This document shows, piece by piece, positions 61,096 to 64,000 of a stretch of DNA of 64,000 nucleotides (position 1 is the stretch's first letter; the number at the start of each line of letters is the position of its first letter). Location of the stretch: contig OZ244653.1 in the NCBI GenBank assembly GCA_965218795.1, positions 4,640,001 to 4,704,000 on the forward strand, written 5' to 3'. The DNA is from a bacterium (GTDB lineage Bacteria > UBA8248 > JACPRG01 > G963555815). The notes beneath the pieces are model-generated. The model saw only the letters and a list, made by a program, of their open reading frames with translations. It was not told where the DNA came from and did no database searches. The position numbers and the translations under genes are program-made.

Positions 61096-62289
61096 TTACC
61101 GGCCGGGTTCTATTTCGGGTACATGACTCAATTGGTCCAAGACTCGTTCACGGATTTCCGCAGCCGAATATAAGGGACGGACGACTCGACCGTTCTCAAT
61201 CAGACGGGTCAAGAGGTCCTCCCCACCGCCCCCCTCGCTCTCAGAGGCCCTCTTCAGTGGAATGATTTCGTCCTCCAGTGTTTCTGGATTTCGAAGAACC
61301 GTCTTGGCTCCTGATGACTTGCCCCGCTTGGCGAACGGCACGCCCTCGACCTCGACAATATCCATCGAGAAATCCACAACGGCCGCGCTGCTGATGCTGG
61401 TCCCCACGCCGTACCCATCGACATGGGTGCGAAGATCGAATATCGCCGCTTCGTCCAGTCCGCCGCTCACGAAAATCTGGACATCCTGGAAGCCGCGGAG
61501 GTCGAGCTCCCACCGGACTTCCTGAAGAATCTGGATGAAGTCGCCCCGACGGGAGGAAGGGGTATCCAAGCGGACGGCCGCCAAACGGTCCCCCAAAGCC
61601 TCAGCGACCCGGACAGCCTCGAATTTTTCATCGGCAAAGGTGTCAATCAGCGCAACGCGCCGAGCCTGCGGCTCAATGACCTCGTCGAACGCTTTCATGG
61701 CGGTGACCGTATCCCCCATCAGGAGCATCAGGGTGTGTGGTGTCGTCCCGGAGGCCTGTATCCCGAGAAGCTCGCCGCTCTTGACCGCCGCCACCCCGTC
61801 GCATCCTCCGATGTATGCGTTCCGCTCGACCATCGGCGCGATGGTCGGGTGAATTCGACGGGCGCCAAACATGATCAAGGGGACTTCCTTCGCGAGCATC
61901 CGGCACCGTGCCGCCTTTGTGGCAATGCCGGTCGCCTGGCAGAGGTATCCCAGAATGGCGGTTTCGTAGATTCCGAAGTCTGCATAATCTCCTTCGATTT
62001 CCATCACCGGCTGAAACGGCCGGAAGACCGTTCCCTCTTCCATGCAACGGACGTTGACCGGAAGATCCCGAAACAGGTCCACGGCTTCTTCCACCCCGGC
62101 CAATAGTCCCCAGGGCCACTGGTTGGGAAGGGACTTGGCGACGAATTCAGCGCGGACCCGTTTTTGAATGCCCTTGGCCCGCAGGATCTTCAAGGTCCGC
62201 TGGAAGTAGATGTCCGAAACCCGCCCTTCTTTGATCTCCGCATGGGTGGCCGTCTGGCGGACGAGCTTGTCTGGATCGATGGGCGGCAT
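61096..62289 (-). CDS. pncB: Nicotinate phosphoribosyltransferase
   Basis: SDIYF, FGARR, SGTTPH, LIDTF, VRLDTP, VSGGL, YGVGT. Confidence 0.93.
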   Translation of the reverse strand: MPPIDPDKLVRQTATHAEIKEGRVSDIYFQRTLKILRAKGIQKRVRAEFVAKSLPNQWPWGLLAGVEEAVDLFRDLPVNVRCMEEGTVFRPFQPVMEIEGDYADFGIYETAILGYLCQATGIATKAARCRMLAKEVPLIMFGARRIHPTIAPMVERNAYIGGCDGVAAVKSGELLGIQASGTTPHTLMLLMGDTVTAMKAFDEVIEPQARRVALIDTFADEKFEAVRVAEALGDRLAAVRLDTPSSRRGDFIQILQEVRWELDLRGFQDVQIFVSGGLDEAAIFDLRTHVDGYGVGTSISSAAVVDFSMDIVEVEGVPFAKRGKSSGAKTVLRNPETLEDEIIPLKRASESEGGGGEDLLTRLIENGRVVRPLYSAAEIRERVLDQLSHVPEIEPGR

Positions 62290-62330
62290 AGGTTGGGGAC
62301 TCGAAAGGAGTCAGAGGGGTGGCAAGAGGA

Positions 62331-62789
62331 TCAGTTCTTGTACTCTACGGGTTGCCACTCCAAGACACCGAGGAGCTGCTCCATGTTCAGCGTCTGCTCC
62401 CGTCGGTTGTCGGTCGCCATCTCATAATGAGGGGAGTGGATGATGGACTTCGGGTCCGTGGGACAGGCCTCGACGCAAAGTCCGCACCACATGCAACGGG
62501 TAAAATCGATGAGAAACTCCTTGGCGCGCCGTTCCTTACCCTGACCGATCGGCTGAATGGTGATGCAGTCCGTCGGGCAGGCGATCTCGCAGAGCAGGCA
62601 CCCGATACAATAGGCCTCCCCATTTTCATCCTTCGTGAGAGCGAGCACTCCTCGGGATCGTTCTGGAAGCACTGGGCGTTCCATGGGGTACTGGAGGGTG
62701 ATGGGTTTTTTGAACAGATGTTTGAACGTCGTAGCCAGCCCTTTCCGGATATCACCCAGAAACAGCGTGTTCATCACTTTACTCAGCAT
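62331..62789 (-). CDS. nuoI: NADH-quinone oxidoreductase subunit I (2x4Fe-4S)
   Basis: TLQYP, CIGCLLCEIACP, CMWCGLCVEACP. Confidence 0.9.
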   Translation of the reverse strand: MLSKVMNTLFLGDIRKGLATTFKHLFKKPITLQYPMERPVLPERSRGVLALTKDENGEAYCIGCLLCEIACPTDCITIQPIGQGKERRAKEFLIDFTRCMWCGLCVEACPTDPKSIIHSPHYEMATDNRREQTLNMEQLLGVLEWQPVEYKN

Positions 62790-62869
62790 GAAGTCTCCTC
62801 TCCCTCACCCGTTTGGCCAGAACCCCGATTTTGGAGCGGTCTCACGGAAAGGTCCCGATCGATCCGCTT

Positions 62870-63820
62870 CTACGCCGAGCCTGACGGGGCGGCTTGCTTG
62901 TCGTGGAGCGATTCGATGTATTTCTCAGCCGCCACGGCCGCCGTGGTCGCGTCTCCCACGGCGGTGGTCAACTGACGGGCCACCTGCGTCCGAACGTCTC
63001 CAATGGCGTATATGCCCGGAATGTTTGTCACCATCGTCTCATCGGTCAGGTAATAGCCGTTTTCGTCCTTTTCCAGGTGGTCCCGCACCAGCCCGCTGTT
63101 GGGCGTGAATCCGATGAAAATGAAGACGCCGCCCACTTCCAATTCGCTGGATTCTCCGGTCTTGGCCTTCTTGAGTCGGATTGACTTCACTTCTTTTCCG
63201 TCGCCGACGATCTCCTCCACAACGGTATCCCAGATAAAATCAATCTTTTCTTCTTTGAAAGCCCGCTCCTGGATGATCTTCTGAGCGCGGAGCCGGTCCC
63301 GACGGTGGATAATCGGCACTTTGCTTCCGTACTTGGTGAGGAAAAGACCTTCTTCGACGGCCGCATCGCCGCCGCCGACGACGGCAATCACCTCATCCTG
63401 AAAGAAAGCGCCGTCACAGATCGCGCAGTAGGAGACGCCCTTTCCCCAATACTTTTTTTCTCCGGGGATCTCCAGATAGTTGGGACTTCCGCCGGCCGAG
63501 AGAATGACAACCTTCGACCGATATTCATTCTCATCTGTGCGCGTTATCCGGTCCTCACCGTCGCAATAAACTTCCAACACCTCTTCCATACGAATTTCGG
63601 CACCGAATTTCTTGCAATGCTCTTCCATCTTCTGGGCCAGCTCCGGCCCCATGATGTGTTCAAATCCAGGGTAATCCTCGACATCGCTGGTGTTGACGAT
63701 TTGCCCTCCCGGGATTCCTTTCTCGAGTACAACGGTCTTCAGCTTTGCCCGGCCGGAATACAGGCCCGCACAAAGTCCCGCCGGTCCCCCGCCTACAATG
63801 ACAACATCGAAAATTTCCAT
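62870..63820 (-). CDS. trxB: Thioredoxin reductase
   Basis: GGGPAGL, GGQ, GVSYCAICDG, GGGDAAVEE, HRRD, GD...RQ. Confidence 0.95.
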   Translation of the reverse strand: MEIFDVVIVGGGPAGLCAGLYSGRAKLKTVVLEKGIPGGQIVNTSDVEDYPGFEHIMGPELAQKMEEHCKKFGAEIRMEEVLEVYCDGEDRITRTDENEYRSKVVILSAGGSPNYLEIPGEKKYWGKGVSYCAICDGAFFQDEVIAVVGGGDAAVEEGLFLTKYGSKVPIIHRRDRLRAQKIIQERAFKEEKIDFIWDTVVEEIVGDGKEVKSIRLKKAKTGESSELEVGGVFIFIGFTPNSGLVRDHLEKDENGYYLTDETMVTNIPGIYAIGDVRTQVARQLTTAVGDATTAAVAAEKYIESLHDKQAAPSGSA

Positions 63821-64000
63821 CTGGGCCCCTTATGAACTATCAACAGGTCTTGAAGAACATAAATCAAGCGGGTCACGAGAAGGGGTCGCGGATTCTCCCC
63901 CCGAACGGCGAACCCGAGATTCGGAGTGACCGAGCGGGCTTTGCCTCCCTATCCGTTGGCTGAATCCGAGAAATACCCGGAAATTCCGAATTTCGTTAAA

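Overview
High-GC bacterial DNA in four blocks. (1) 1-17287 is an intact catabolic cluster: a BMP-type (nucleoside-like) ABC transporter with two binding proteins, a close relative of 2,6-dihydroxypseudooxynicotine C-C hydrolase, a metal-dependent amidohydrolase, two xanthine-dehydrogenase-family Mo subunits, a UbiD decarboxylase, an HCHL-like crotonase, an LLM oxidoreductase and an acyl-CoA dehydrogenase. (2) 17288-33000 is a decaying defence-like island: a vapC relic, a HEPN-SNF2 helicase, a sacsin-like GHKL ATPase and a RecD-like helicase-nuclease split by an IS1380 composite transposon carrying an SPFH/flotillin gene. (3) 33000-58051 is a degenerate F-type conjugative element (MOBF relaxase, traD, traGHFN-trbC-traUW-trhF-trbI-traCVBKELA, CI/Cro-like switch, DUF433/PIN TA pair, IS3 copies) ending at a 3' tRNA-Met fragment (att-like). 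(4) 58052-64000 holds REP-like palindromes, an orphan tauA, and core genes nrnA, pncB, nuoI and trxB. Highlights: a 37-bp duplication of traV sequence flanking a unique 34-bp insert (the geometry of an off-target CRISPR spacer acquisition), pervasive microhomology-bounded deletions in the mobile block, the candidate HEPN-SNF2/sacsin/RecD-nuclease defence system, and the uncharacterised N-heterocycle catabolic cluster. Family calls come from motif recognition from memory; no searches were run.
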